Virus record (IMG/VR): IMGVR_UViG_3300048881_000780
From: a virus
Lineage: Duplodnaviria; Caudoviricetes
Reading direction: 5' to 3' (one strand)
Length of the DNA stretch: 64,000 nt
Shown here: positions 49,358 through 58,883 of the stretch, in pieces
How positions within the stretch are numbered: position 1 is the first letter of the stretch
How the letters are laid out: each line of letters opens with the position of its first letter
Position numbers and translations under genes: made by a program
The notes under the pieces: generated by a model
The model's database searches: none
What the model saw: only the letters and a program-made list of their open reading frames with translations
Told to the model about the DNA's origin: nothing

Positions 49358-50086
49358 ATGAAATTAATAGTTTTAATAACGCTTCTTGGAACAATTGTTT
49401 CATGTGGGCAACAAGTAAAGGTAAATAAAAGATTTAGTCTTCCAAAGACCGACGAAGTGTTTTCGACATATCTAGAAACCTATTCGGATAATTACGCTCA
49501 GACCTATGGTCAAGCTCCAAGCTTACATAATATCCATATCGTATTTGCAGAGTTCTCAAAAGAGGACTCTCAGTATGCAGGAATCTGTTACACCATCGAA
49601 AATCAGGTTGCCCGGCTCATTGAGATAAACCCAGAACATTGGGCAAAGTACTCAGAGGCCAAGAGGGAAAGTTTAATCTTTCACGAACTAGGACATTGTC
49701 ACCTTAATTTAAAGCATGTGAATGAACATAGAACATACTTTGATCAAACTGATGACTCTCGAGTTAGTAATATCATGTACCCATACATCAACTCTAACTG
49801 GGGCATTAGTCACGAAGTCGTTGATGAAGAAAAGAGAGATTTGGCCCTGGAGATGCTATTTGATCTCGACTTAAATCCAGAAGATAGCGTCTTTATTAGC
49901 TATTTTGAATATTACAATCTTCCTGTTCCGGTAAGCAATATCGGCGTTATGAATGCATTAATGATTAATGAGGAAGATGACTGCGAAAGAGATATTGAGA
50001 ACTCATTAAATAGTTATGAGATCGAAGAAGATACATATACACACGAACATGAAACAGAAGGAGACTCTCATGGAATCGAAAGTTAA
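49358..50086 (+). CDS. Lipoprotein zinc metallopeptidase (metzincin-like)
   Basis: VSCG lipobox; HELGHCHLNLKH and Met-turn (NIMYP). Confidence 0.8.
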   Translation: MKLIVLITLLGTIVSCGQQVKVNKRFSLPKTDEVFSTYLETYSDNYAQTYGQAPSLHNIHIVFAEFSKEDSQYAGICYTIENQVARLIEINPEHWAKYSEAKRESLIFHELGHCHLNLKHVNEHRTYFDQTDDSRVSNIMYPYINSNWGISHEVVDEEKRDLALEMLFDLDLNPEDSVFISYFEYYNLPVPVSNIGVMNALMINEEDDCERDIENSLNSYEIEEDTYTHEHETEGDSHGIES

Positions 50087-50390
50087 TAACGAAGATACAA
50101 TTATGGATTCAACTAATAAAGTCCCGGCGATGACTTCAACTAAAGAAGTTCCAACCTTGAATATTCTAAAATATGATAGTAATCGTAAACTCTACAATAG
50201 AGATCAAGCTGTCTACACGAATATCGAAAAAATTGCCAAAGCACTTATGGATAATCCTCATGTGAATCTTAAAATTGAAGATCAAGATAAGAAAGATATT
50301 TCAAAAGATGTTGTATACGCATGTTTGAAATATAAACTAGCAGATGAAAGTCTTACTACAGAAATGTTACTAGAGCTTTTTAAGGCATAA
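50070..50390 (+). CDS. PhaR-like (PHB_acc_N) DNA-binding domain protein
   Basis: ILKY..NRKLY....Y..IE.I...D...DI pattern; AGGAG SD. Confidence 0.65.
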   Translation: MESKVNNEDTIMDSTNKVPAMTSTKEVPTLNILKYDSNRKLYNRDQAVYTNIEKIAKALMDNPHVNLKIEDQDKKDISKDVVYACLKYKLADESLTTEMLLELFKA

Positions 50391-50391
50391 T

Positions 50392-50420
50392 AAAAAAAGG
50401 ACTCTTACGAGTCCTTTTTT
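50392..50420. terminator. Bidirectional terminator
   Basis: A7-GGACTC-ttac-GAGTCC-T6. Confidence 0.85.
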
Positions 50421-50481
50421 ACACACACATACACACACACATAAGGAGTAGGAGATTTGATCTAGAGATGATCGTTCCTAC
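50392..50481 (-). ncRNA. Candidate sRNA with anti-SD plus (GU)n seed
   Basis: TTGACG-17-TATTAT promoter (50516-50488) containing an operator; 5' GUAGGA/UCCUAC hairpin; CUCCUUAUGUGUGUGUGUAUGUGUGUGU; terminator with U7. Confidence 0.68.
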
Positions 50482-50565
50482 AAATTCATAATATCGGCCA
50501 TAACGCAGGCCGTCAAGATATTTATTAATAAAAATTAAAAAATATTAAACCTTATAATATTTGAA

Positions 50566-50883
50566 ATGAGAATTTATATGAAATTATTTACTTCAATATT
50601 ATTAGTAATGTTATCTATCTCCTCTTATGGAGATGATCATGTTGACATGAACTCTAAAATATTAAAGGCCTTGACTAAAACTAAGTCAGTGAAAAGAATA
50701 AAGAAACCTTTAAAAAGAAAGTTCAAAAGTATCCCAGTAGTAGGACAGGCGTACCCTACTCTTGGTCTTGCCATGATTGGAGTTACTAAGAAAGTTAAAG
50801 GAAAATTTGTTATCTTAGGTAATGATCTACGATATGAAGTAGGTCTTAAGAAAGTAAAAATCGAATATAAAATACAATTTTAA
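50566..50883 (+). CDS. Secreted hypothetical protein
   Basis: Signal peptide. Confidence 0.65.
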   Translation: MRIYMKLFTSILLVMLSISSYGDDHVDMNSKILKALTKTKSVKRIKKPLKRKFKSIPVVGQAYPTLGLAMIGVTKKVKGKFVILGNDLRYEVGLKKVKIEYKIQF

Positions 50884-51374
50884 GATGAAACTGGTATTTT
50901 TAGATTGTGAATGTTGAGTTCATCAAAGTTAAATAATTCAAAAGTTTTCTGAGCACATTTTAAGGCCTCATTATTTAATTTCAAGGAAATTAAGTTAGAG
51001 AATTGAGCACGGTATGGAGATAACAAGAAGTCAATCTCACCTTCAAGAGAGAGTTCGTCTCCCTTATTTAAAGATACCATTCCTTCTTTTTCTCGGTCTT
51101 TATATATGCAATAGAATCCGTCCTTTTGAGACGCTGTTTCGTGACTATAGTATGAGACTGTATACATAGTTATTTTATTAACAGCACAAAAAAGTTTTAA
51201 ATATGTTTCGGCCATAATGAATCGATCTGGACAATCTATTGATAAAACTTTGAAGACCTCATTTCCCTCTTCATCAATCGCTAAGAATAGCAACTTATCT
51301 TCGAGATCTAATTCGTGGGCCTCTCCAATTCTTAGAGAAATATTTCTATGAATTTCTTTTTTTACTGATTCCAC
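50880..51374 (-). CDS. Hypothetical protein
   Basis: 164-aa ORF, GAGG SD. Confidence 0.65.
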   Translation of the reverse strand: MESVKKEIHRNISLRIGEAHELDLEDKLLFLAIDEEGNEVFKVLSIDCPDRFIMAETYLKLFCAVNKITMYTVSYYSHETASQKDGFYCIYKDREKEGMVSLNKGDELSLEGEIDFLLSPYRAQFSNLISLKLNNEALKCAQKTFELFNFDELNIHNLKIPVSS

Positions 51375-51497
51375 AATGCCTCATTTTTTAATTCTACTTA
51401 GATACTCTAACATGGCGCCCCATCCTATTCAATTTATTTTTTAACGCTTTGTGAAATATTATTGAAGCATATGTTAAAATCAACAATAGAGGTACTT

Positions 51498-52124
51498 ATG
51501 AAGTTAGTTTTCCTATCTGACACACATTCAAAACACCGAGCTGTGGAAAATATTTCCGGAGATATCGTTATTCACTGTGGGGACTTTACAAGAAGAGGGA
51601 AAAACTCTGAAATTATTGAGTTTTTAGACTGGTTCTCATCTCTTGATTTTAAGTATCACATTCTGGTTGCAGGAAATCATGACTTTGGATTAGAGGATTC
51701 AGGGGTATTTGATTACAGTAAAATACTCAAAGATAAAGGTGTTATATACTTAGAAGATTCCGGTGTTAACATAAATGGTCTAAATTTTTGGGGATCTCCC
51801 TATCAACCAGAGTTTAATAATTGGGCATTTAACTTAAAGAGAGGAGAGGAGCTTAAAAAACATTGGGATATGATTCCAGATGATACCGATATTCTAATTA
51901 CACATGGACCGCCACATAAGATTTTAGATCTATGTCCAAGTGGAAATGTAGGTTGTGAGGAATTACTTAAGAGAGTTAGTAGTTTAAATTTAAAAATTCA
52001 TGCTTTTGGACATATTCACGAAGGGTATGGATCTAGAGATATTGATGGAACTTACTTTATTAATTGTTCCATTTTAGATGAATATTACCGAATTAAAAAT
52101 AAACCTGTTGTTATCGAATTGTAG
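51498..52124 (+). CDS. Calcineurin-like metallophosphoesterase (MPPED type)
   Basis: SDTH, HCGD, GNHD, THGPP, FGHIHE. Confidence 0.9.
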   Translation: MKLVFLSDTHSKHRAVENISGDIVIHCGDFTRRGKNSEIIEFLDWFSSLDFKYHILVAGNHDFGLEDSGVFDYSKILKDKGVIYLEDSGVNINGLNFWGSPYQPEFNNWAFNLKRGEELKKHWDMIPDDTDILITHGPPHKILDLCPSGNVGCEELLKRVSSLNLKIHAFGHIHEGYGSRDIDGTYFINCSILDEYYRIKNKPVVIEL

Positions 52125-52132
52125 TGTTAGGT

Positions 52133-53851
52133 CTAAGCACTTTTTGAGTATGATCTGACTTCCTTAGAAAATGACTTTTTAAGTTTTTCAGTTAAATTAT
52201 TTTCTCTGGCAAATCTGTAAAATTTAGCGTTATTACCTTTAGTGAATTCAGACCAACTGGAACACTTTAAAAGGGCCTCTAGTGTAGTTTCTTCGTTAAC
52301 GACTATATTCATATGTTCGCAAACAATATCAAGCCAATTCATTCTTTGAGCACGTTTGTAATAACTTGAGTGGATACTATTCTTAAACTCTCCTCTCTTT
52401 TTATATAACTTTGCTTTCTCTATACAATCTTCGATAGTTCTTCCCTTTTTATTCGATAGAGATACGATATTTGCCATTTTAAAAACTCTCTCAAGTTCAC
52501 CTCTATCTTGAGCTATTTTATAGAATTTCTTTCCGGTTGGACAATCACGCATGTCGATTCTCTTTTTATATCTTTTAGCGACTTCAACTATTTGATCTAT
52601 TGAGATGAATTCTTTCTCGCTATAGTAGGCACTTTTAATCTCACTTAGAGACGTCATTACGTACTCACCATTCTTACTTTCATTTATTCTTTTAAATACA
52701 TCAAGATCAAATTCAAGAGGAATGGAATTTTTACTCTTATAGCAATTAAGACCTCTGATAATATTCTTATTCATTGCTACTTTAAATTGAGAACTACCTT
52801 CGTAGCTTAAGTAGTATTCTTTTATTATTAATGAGCACGCCACTGACATGGCCGCGTAATAGATTGATAATCTTGAGTCGTCGCAAACTTTTATAAACTT
52901 CTTACCAGTTAATCCCAACCTGGTAACTCTATTAATTGCCTGGTATAGAAAATCTACATTCATACTTCCTGAAAAATCTATGATATATCGAAGTGAATTT
53001 AGATCGTAACCAAGAACTCCCCTTCTAACTACGAGTAAAACTTTTTCTTTGCTTGATTTAAAGTTGGATAGATTTTCTGATTTCTTGTCCGTTTTATAAT
53101 TTGTAATTAATGAAGAGATACCCATTTTACTTAATGCTTTTTGACACTGTCTCTGATGAGCAACATCATTACATATGATCATTGTTTTAGATCTAAAACA
53201 ATTTTGATGTTCTTTGAGTACCTTTCTAATAAACTTGTCTTCAAAAATAGTATCCTGTCTTACAAAGTCATTTCGGGTATAATCACTATCTTTTAAGTCC
53301 CAATTAAATTTTGATATTGTAATCTTGGGATTACAGATTACTTTATTAGCAAGTAATTCTTCGGTTGAAATACTCACTATTGGGTATTCAGTGTTTCTAA
53401 TAAAACCACTTATAGATCCAGTCATAGGTAGTACGTACTTTGGTTTTATATCTTTTAATATTGTTTGAACCATATTTTCAAAAAAGAAGTGATGGGCCTC
53501 ATCGATAACAATTAAATCAAACTTAAACTTCTTGAGCTTTCTATAGGACTGAGGAAGTGAAATGCAAATATCATCACTATTTTTGTATTCATCAATGTAT
53601 TTAACACTTAGCTTTTTATTTAAACCTAGTTTAGTGAATCTAGAGTAAAATTGCTCTTTTAAAATATTTTGTCCATGGGTAAGAACTAGAATTTTTTTAA
53701 TTAACTTCTTTTGTTTCATCTTCTTTATTAGAGAGATAGATATATTTGTCTTACCAGAAGCAGGCGCCGCTCCAAGGACTACAAACTTGTTGTTCTTAAA
53801 AAGGTTTATGCATTCGTTTACTTTTTTATCTTGATAACTGTAGTCGGGAAT
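52133..53851 (-). CDS. SF2 (DEAH) helicase with three C-terminal repeats; probable ATT start
   Basis: Frame extends 44 codons upstream of the tracked ATG and includes Walker A (AAPASGKT); IDEAH, MTGS, QAINRVTR. Confidence 0.8.
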   Translation of the reverse strand: MPDYSYQDKKVNECINLFKNNKFVVLGAAPASGKTNISISLIKKMKQKKLIKKILVLTHGQNILKEQFYSRFTKLGLNKKLSVKYIDEYKNSDDICISLPQSYRKLKKFKFDLIVIDEAHHFFFENMVQTILKDIKPKYVLPMTGSISGFIRNTEYPIVSISTEELLANKVICNPKITISKFNWDLKDSDYTRNDFVRQDTIFEDKFIRKVLKEHQNCFRSKTMIICNDVAHQRQCQKALSKMGISSLITNYKTDKKSENLSNFKSSKEKVLLVVRRGVLGYDLNSLRYIIDFSGSMNVDFLYQAINRVTRLGLTGKKFIKVCDDSRLSIYYAAMSVACSLIIKEYYLSYEGSSQFKVAMNKNIIRGLNCYKSKNSIPLEFDLDVFKRINESKNGEYVMTSLSEIKSAYYSEKEFISIDQIVEVAKRYKKRIDMRDCPTGKKFYKIAQDRGELERVFKMANIVSLSNKKGRTIEDCIEKAKLYKKRGEFKNSIHSSYYKRAQRMNWLDIVCEHMNIVVNEETTLEALLKCSSWSEFTKGNNAKFYRFARENNLTEKLKKSFSKEVRSYSKSA

Positions 53852-53956
53852 TTATGTTCCTTAAGTTGTGTAGAACAATATTAACATACCTCCTTTCTTG
53901 ACACAAGCCGTTAACTTATCTTTTTATTGGCGCTACAAAAAGTCTTATAATGTAAG

Positions 53957-54059
53957 CATAGGATCTTTGATCCTGGAAAACCCATGAGGGAGGTGATCTT
54001 AAATCTCGAAGGTAAATTTTATTTACTGGGACTTAGACCCTCTGATTAGAGGGTTTTTT
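53957..54059 (+). ncRNA. Candidate structured sRNA or attenuator leader
   Basis: TATAAT 53946-53951; several hairpins; GGAGGTGATC; terminator 54035-54059. Confidence 0.5.
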
Positions 54060-54076
54060 ATTCTAAGGACATTGTT

Positions 54077-54751
54077 TTGAATAAGTTAGTTATAGGATTA
54101 GTCGGATATAAGGGTGCTGGAAAATCAACTTTTGCATCATTTGTAAAGTCGATAGTATCAGACGCAGAGGAAATTAGAATCGCTGATAAAATCAAACTAA
54201 CTTGTGCCCAATTACTTAATGTAGATGTCTCAAAGTTTGAAGATCTTAATTTTAAAGAAACTCCATTTGATCACCCACATAAGTTATCAATAACAGATAT
54301 TAAGTACTTACTAGAAGCTTACGACGTTCCCGATTATTTACACAATAAAATCATATCTCGACATAGAGGAGTTTTACTAGAAACTCCTAGGAAGTTTATA
54401 GTTTATCTTGCCACAAATATCCTAAGAGATGAAATAGACCAAGATATACATTTAATTGAGTTAAACAAGAGAATTGAAAATTCTAAATCTAATACATTGA
54501 TTATTTCTGACATTAGGTTTGTAAATGAATTTGAGTTCTTGGCAGAGAGCTTTGGATTAAACTTTAAAGGCATTTACCTTAAAAACGTTAAAGCATATTC
54601 CAATATGATTAAAAATGGCGAAATTGAAAAAAGTGAGTCATTTGTTCCTGAATTAGGTAGAAGGTGTCAGCTAAAAATCAATAATAATTCAACTATCGAA
54701 TCTTTTAAAAAGCGCTCTAAATCAGCACTAGAACCGTTAATAGCACTCTAA
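54077..54751 (+). CDS. Deoxynucleoside monophosphate kinase (phage type)
   Basis: IGLVGYKGAGKST, ADKIK, TPR, ISDIRFVNE. Confidence 0.8.
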   Translation: MNKLVIGLVGYKGAGKSTFASFVKSIVSDAEEIRIADKIKLTCAQLLNVDVSKFEDLNFKETPFDHPHKLSITDIKYLLEAYDVPDYLHNKIISRHRGVLLETPRKFIVYLATNILRDEIDQDIHLIELNKRIENSKSNTLIISDIRFVNEFEFLAESFGLNFKGIYLKNVKAYSNMIKNGEIEKSESFVPELGRRCQLKINNNSTIESFKKRSKSALEPLIAL

Positions 54752-54791
54752 ATAACGTTATAATAAATAAAAGTTATTTAACGAGGAAATC

Positions 54792-55946
54792 ATGAAGAAT
54801 CTAAGAGTAGGTGTATTTTTTAGCGGAATTGACGGTGGCGGAAGCAAGTTAAAAGATAATTATCAAGTAGTCTTTTTAAGTGAAAAAGAAGAGTCCATTC
54901 AAAATTTATTAAAGCTAAATTATAAAGACTGTCCCATTGCTGGAGACTTGAACTCTTTGAAGGTCAAGGATCTGCCAGAGATGGATATTGCGATCATGTC
55001 TCCCCCTTGTCAACCCTACTCCAGTCAGGGAAAACAAAAGGGAAGAGGGGAATCTAAAGGTAGGGTAGCAGATACTTGTATTAAACTTCTAGCAAAGAAA
55101 AAAGTGAATTTTATACTTCTTGAAAATGTGGATAACTTACTTCGCTTAAATGATGGTTATGATTTTATGTGCCTGGTTAAGGTATTTTATAAATATGGAT
55201 ATAAGATTGATTTTAATTTTATAAACTCATCTCATTATGGATCTAAACAGGCCCGAGTAAGGACGTTCTTAGTAGCTATAAGAGAGGGGTCTCCATTAAA
55301 AAAGAGAAGTGATATCCCTGCTTATAATATTGCATTAAATAAAACTGTAGCTAAGTTGAAATCATCAATGAATAAGAAGTATCTAATAAAAGATGGTCAT
55401 GAAAATTTTTTACAAATGCCCAAGAAGTTTAAGGTTCCAAGTGGAGATTTCTTAAAGTTTAAGGCCTCTAGAGATAAACAAAGTATTATTTTATCACCAA
55501 GTGTTTATCAGATCACAAAACTTAAAATTCCTAAAGAATTAAAGAAAGTATTAATAACTTCGCCAAAGAAAAAAAGAGAGAAGTTCTTTTTAGACTTAAT
55601 TCAAAAAAATGTCTCAGAACAAAAAGATATGAAAATTTTAGCGATTATTCCACATTCTAGATCTACTCGGGCCCATCATATAGACGGCAGAATTAGATTT
55701 GATGGAACATTGAATACGTTTACAACTGGTGTGGGGTGCCAGGGACAATCTACTGGAAATTACGTTGTTTACGAAGATTTGTCAATTAGATTACTTACTC
55801 CTTTAGAAGTAGAGAAGTATATGAGATGGCCTAAGAATTGGGTTCATCACGACAAAACCAGTGAACATTTAAGATATAAGCTCTTGGGTAACGGTATTGA
55901 TGGCGAGTTAATTCCGATGATTCTTAGTATGTTTGAGAGGGTTTAA
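54792..55946 (+). CDS. DNA cytosine-C5 methyltransferase (orphan)
   Basis: FSGIDG, SPPCQ, LENV, Q.R.R, RLLTPLE, LGNG. Confidence 0.92.
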   Translation: MKNLRVGVFFSGIDGGGSKLKDNYQVVFLSEKEESIQNLLKLNYKDCPIAGDLNSLKVKDLPEMDIAIMSPPCQPYSSQGKQKGRGESKGRVADTCIKLLAKKKVNFILLENVDNLLRLNDGYDFMCLVKVFYKYGYKIDFNFINSSHYGSKQARVRTFLVAIREGSPLKKRSDIPAYNIALNKTVAKLKSSMNKKYLIKDGHENFLQMPKKFKVPSGDFLKFKASRDKQSIILSPSVYQITKLKIPKELKKVLITSPKKKREKFFLDLIQKNVSEQKDMKILAIIPHSRSTRAHHIDGRIRFDGTLNTFTTGVGCQGQSTGNYVVYEDLSIRLLTPLEVEKYMRWPKNWVHHDKTSEHLRYKLLGNGIDGELIPMILSMFERV

Positions 55947-56012
55947 GTGTCTAGAAATATTTCAATATATTAAATAATTTAAAGCTATGGGTAAAAAATA
56001 CCGATTTACTTG

Positions 56013-56029
56013 TTGACACGTCGTGTTAA
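56013..56029. promoter_or_regulatory. Palindromic operator copy (TTGACACGTCGTGTTAA) overlapping -35
   Basis: Motif match; TTGACA is part of the left arm. Confidence 0.75.
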
Positions 56030-56114
56030 CTAATATACCCTTTAATTACACAGCACCAAAGAGTTCACACCTCTTTAGCATATATTGAGTAGTTAATGAA
56101 AATGGAGATTTCCT

Positions 56115-56495
56115 ATGCAAAAAGGTACAAAGGCCAACGAAAAGACCGTTGAAAGAGTTGATAAAGTTTCAAGTACAATCACGGAAGCAAGACATTCTAT
56201 TAATTTAAAGAGACATGATTTTTACGACAATATTGAAAGAGTTTTGTTAACTTTGAATTTAATTTACTTAAAATCTAAAACTAGAGTTGAATGTGAAATC
56301 GATTCTCTTGAAGAAATGATTGAAGAGTTAGTTCCAATTCTTAAACCAATGAAGTGCGAGTATGAGGTGGAGTTTCTCTATGAGAGATGTGAAGAGCTAC
56401 AACTTGATCCAGAGTGCGTAGAGCCAATTGCTAGCACCATCTTTAGAGTTGAAGTTGAAGAAGAGAGCGAAGATGAAGAATTAGTGGCCGCATAA
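56115..56495 (+). CDS. Acidic hypothetical protein
   Basis: GGAG SD; Glu-rich C-terminal half. Confidence 0.7.
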   Translation: MQKGTKANEKTVERVDKVSSTITEARHSINLKRHDFYDNIERVLLTLNLIYLKSKTRVECEIDSLEEMIEELVPILKPMKCEYEVEFLYERCEELQLDPECVEPIASTIFRVEVEEESEDEELVAA

Positions 56496-56510
56496 AGGCC
56501 AGGAGTAGTA

Positions 56511-57074
56511 ATGAACGAGCTTATATATAATTTTAAAAATGAAGTATTTAAATTACCCTACCCTATTACAGCTATTGTGTCTGCCGTTATGTTATTATTT
56601 TTTGTGGGCCTTTTTTGTTACATTTTATGGCACTTATTTACTCGTCCAAAGAAAGAAAATGTAGAGACATTGGGGAGTGTTCAATCTTTAGACTTTTTTA
56701 AAAGTAATGAGATTGATTTTCTAAAAAAAGAAGTTGTCCAGCTAATCAAAGATAAAATTAAAGTTGAAGAGCTGTTGAGTACTCTTTGTGATCAGGGTAA
56801 ATATTGCTATTTCTCATATCATTATCACTCTACTCAGACAAAGGCCGATACTTATGGCGATGGATATTTCTTTCATGAAAAGTATATATCGGTAGAGGGA
56901 ATAAAAGGCTATTTAAAAGATTCAATAAGTGATTGCAGGGATCTTGTTATTCTAAATTTACATGAGTTAGATCGCGACTCTTATGTCGTTTGTATGAATG
57001 ATAGATTATTTCAATTAAAAAATAATATCAAAGAAAAAGAAGATAAGATATTAGAACTTAAAAATGCTGGATAA
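56511..57074 (+). CDS. Membrane-anchored hypothetical protein
   Basis: AGGAG SD; one TM. Confidence 0.7.
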   Translation: MNELIYNFKNEVFKLPYPITAIVSAVMLLFFVGLFCYILWHLFTRPKKENVETLGSVQSLDFFKSNEIDFLKKEVVQLIKDKIKVEELLSTLCDQGKYCYFSYHYHSTQTKADTYGDGYFFHEKYISVEGIKGYLKDSISDCRDLVILNLHELDRDSYVVCMNDRLFQLKNNIKEKEDKILELKNAG

Positions 57075-57075
57075 A

Positions 57076-57258
57076 TTACTTATTCCAGCTCTTCATTTCA
57101 TCAGTAACCATATCTAAGATTTTAAATCGGCAAGTAGTTCCAACATTTATTTTTCTCTTTAAAATAAGATCTCTAATTTCATTAGGTTTTACGGGTTTTC
57201 CTTTATAGAGCTCAAATGCAATATCTTTAATAATCGTTGAAATATTCGAATTTCTCAT
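57076..57258 (-). CDS. Small hypothetical protein
   Basis: GGAGG SD; CCACT-N11-TAAAAT promoter. Confidence 0.6.
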   Translation of the reverse strand: MRNSNISTIIKDIAFELYKGKPVKPNEIRDLILKRKINVGTTCRFKILDMVTDEMKSWNK

Positions 57259-57301
57259 AAATCCTCCATTTCTTATATTTTACCACCTCTTTAAGTGGTT
57301 C

Positions 57302-58384
57302 TTAAGAAATTAACTTGGTGTCTTGGTCGTTTGATTTAAGGGCCGGATTTATAGACATTGATCTTCCAGCTTGCTCTCCTAGATTTCGAGAGTGGGTATT
57401 GTTACCACTTTTAGATACTGAGGACTTTATTTTAGAAAAGGCACTATCGATTAAATCTTGTTGAATCTTATCTATTTGCTTTTGCGAGAGAACTAAATCT
57501 GTAGAGTTATTGATAGTCTCTGGAGACATTTTTTTAGTAAATCCGTCAGCTAGGCCACGAAAGAATGAGTTTTTAGCCGAAATTCCTTTGAGTTTCTGTT
57601 CTTTTTTTGTTTTTAACCACAGTCTATCAAGCTCGTGATCAAGAAAACTTGTAATATATTTGGCCATCTCCATTTCTTCTCTATCCTTTACCACTACAAG
57701 TAATTCATTGTACTTAAGTCCACTTGAAAATATTGGAGCAATGAATGGAAACGATTTTAAAATAAAGTAAATTGCTGAAGTCTTTGAATTTCTTCTACTG
57801 CTAGAAATTACAACGTCTGAATAGACTTGCTCATTACTTACTTTCTCTACACTTTCTAGGTGGTATTTACAAATTAGATCATTTGCTTTTTTTAGTGCCA
57901 CTTGAGATTCATTAATATTAGAACTATCTGCCATGGCGAGAAGTTTCTTTACTTTTTTAAATACTTTTAGCTCTGGGTTTGAACTCTCATCAGTTTTAAG
58001 CTTCATTTTAGACTTGGCCTCTGATTGCCAATTATATCTCTTGGCGATGGCCTTAAATTCAGTGCCGTGAGATTTAACATTATCTCCATTCTCAAGATAA
58101 TTTACCAGGTGAATTATTTCATGCCTAATTACTTCTATTAAATCTTCATGAGCAAATTGGTAAGAAAATTGTTTATTTATCCCAATAGAGAATCTATTTG
58201 GATCAAAATGACCTAGGGTTTTAGAGCTTTCAATGATTTCAACAGATAACTTCGTATAGCGATTATTAAAGAGAATGTATTGCTTGGATCTATTTACATT
58301 CAATCCGACACTTTCCATCTCAGAGAATATTAAATTCAGAACCTTAATCGAAAAAATAGACATTGCTTCGCTATGTATTCTCAT
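57302..58384 (-). CDS. SprT-like zinc metalloprotease fused to DUF2786-like domain
   Basis: HEIIH...HGTEF; KVKKLLAMADSSNINES. Confidence 0.8.
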   Translation of the reverse strand: MRIHSEAMSIFSIKVLNLIFSEMESVGLNVNRSKQYILFNNRYTKLSVEIIESSKTLGHFDPNRFSIGINKQFSYQFAHEDLIEVIRHEIIHLVNYLENGDNVKSHGTEFKAIAKRYNWQSEAKSKMKLKTDESSNPELKVFKKVKKLLAMADSSNINESQVALKKANDLICKYHLESVEKVSNEQVYSDVVISSSRRNSKTSAIYFILKSFPFIAPIFSSGLKYNELLVVVKDREEMEMAKYITSFLDHELDRLWLKTKKEQKLKGISAKNSFFRGLADGFTKKMSPETINNSTDLVLSQKQIDKIQQDLIDSAFSKIKSSVSKSGNNTHSRNLGEQAGRSMSINPALKSNDQDTKLIS

Positions 58385-58416
58385 GACCCCTCCTCACTTT
58401 GATTATTTTAGCACAA

Positions 58417-58453
58417 AAGACACGCTACGTCAAAACTTAACACGATTCGTTAA
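58417..58453. promoter_or_regulatory. Tandem operator copies (AAGACACGCTACGTCAA; TTAACACGATTCGTTAA)
   Basis: Two motif matches in a divergent promoter region. Confidence 0.65.
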
Positions 58454-58508
58454 ATTATAGATTACAAAGTCAACAACAGGTATTATAATACTACTAAATG
58501 GAGATATT

Positions 58509-58883
58509 ATGAAAAATGAAGAGTTTAAGATTGCATTTGAAGAGTTTAGAAAGAATCTACCAAGCGGTGAATGCCCTATTTGTAGTGATCTTTATCGTGG
58601 ATTCGTTGCTGGCTTCAATAGAAATCTTAGGCTAATTGAAAAAATGCATACAGAAAATAGTGAATTAAAAGAATGGATAGTCGAAAGCAAGAAGGAAGAT
58701 CTTTTTAGAAATCGAATTCACAAGATTGATAAACTAAAAAGAGATATCGATTCATTAAGTGAAAGAATAATTGTAGCAACCGATATTATGAAAATTGTTT
58801 GTGCTGATGACTCAAGTAAGAAAAAAGTAGTCGATGATTTTCTAGAGTGCCCCGTTATCAAAGAAGTAAGAGGATTAAAATGA
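58509..58883 (+). CDS. Hypothetical coiled-coil protein
   Basis: GGAG SD. Confidence 0.65.
   Translation: MKNEEFKIAFEEFRKNLPSGECPICSDLYRGFVAGFNRNLRLIEKMHTENSELKEWIVESKKEDLFRNRIHKIDKLKRDIDSLSERIIVATDIMKIVCADDSSKKKVVDDFLECPVIKEVRGLK

Noticed and set aside
50421-50460. Plus-strand AC tract with AAGGAGTAGGAG as a 5' UTR
   Set aside because: It follows a terminator with no promoter and leads only to ORFs of 7 codons or fewer; the minus-strand sRNA reading has both promoter and terminator.
51441-51457. Half-match to the operator (TTAACGCTTTGTGAAAT)
   Set aside because: Right arm too degenerate to count.
52133-55946. Helicase plus C5 methyltransferase as a restriction-modification system
   Set aside because: They are divergently transcribed and separated by a kinase, and no nuclease motif is visible in the helicase.
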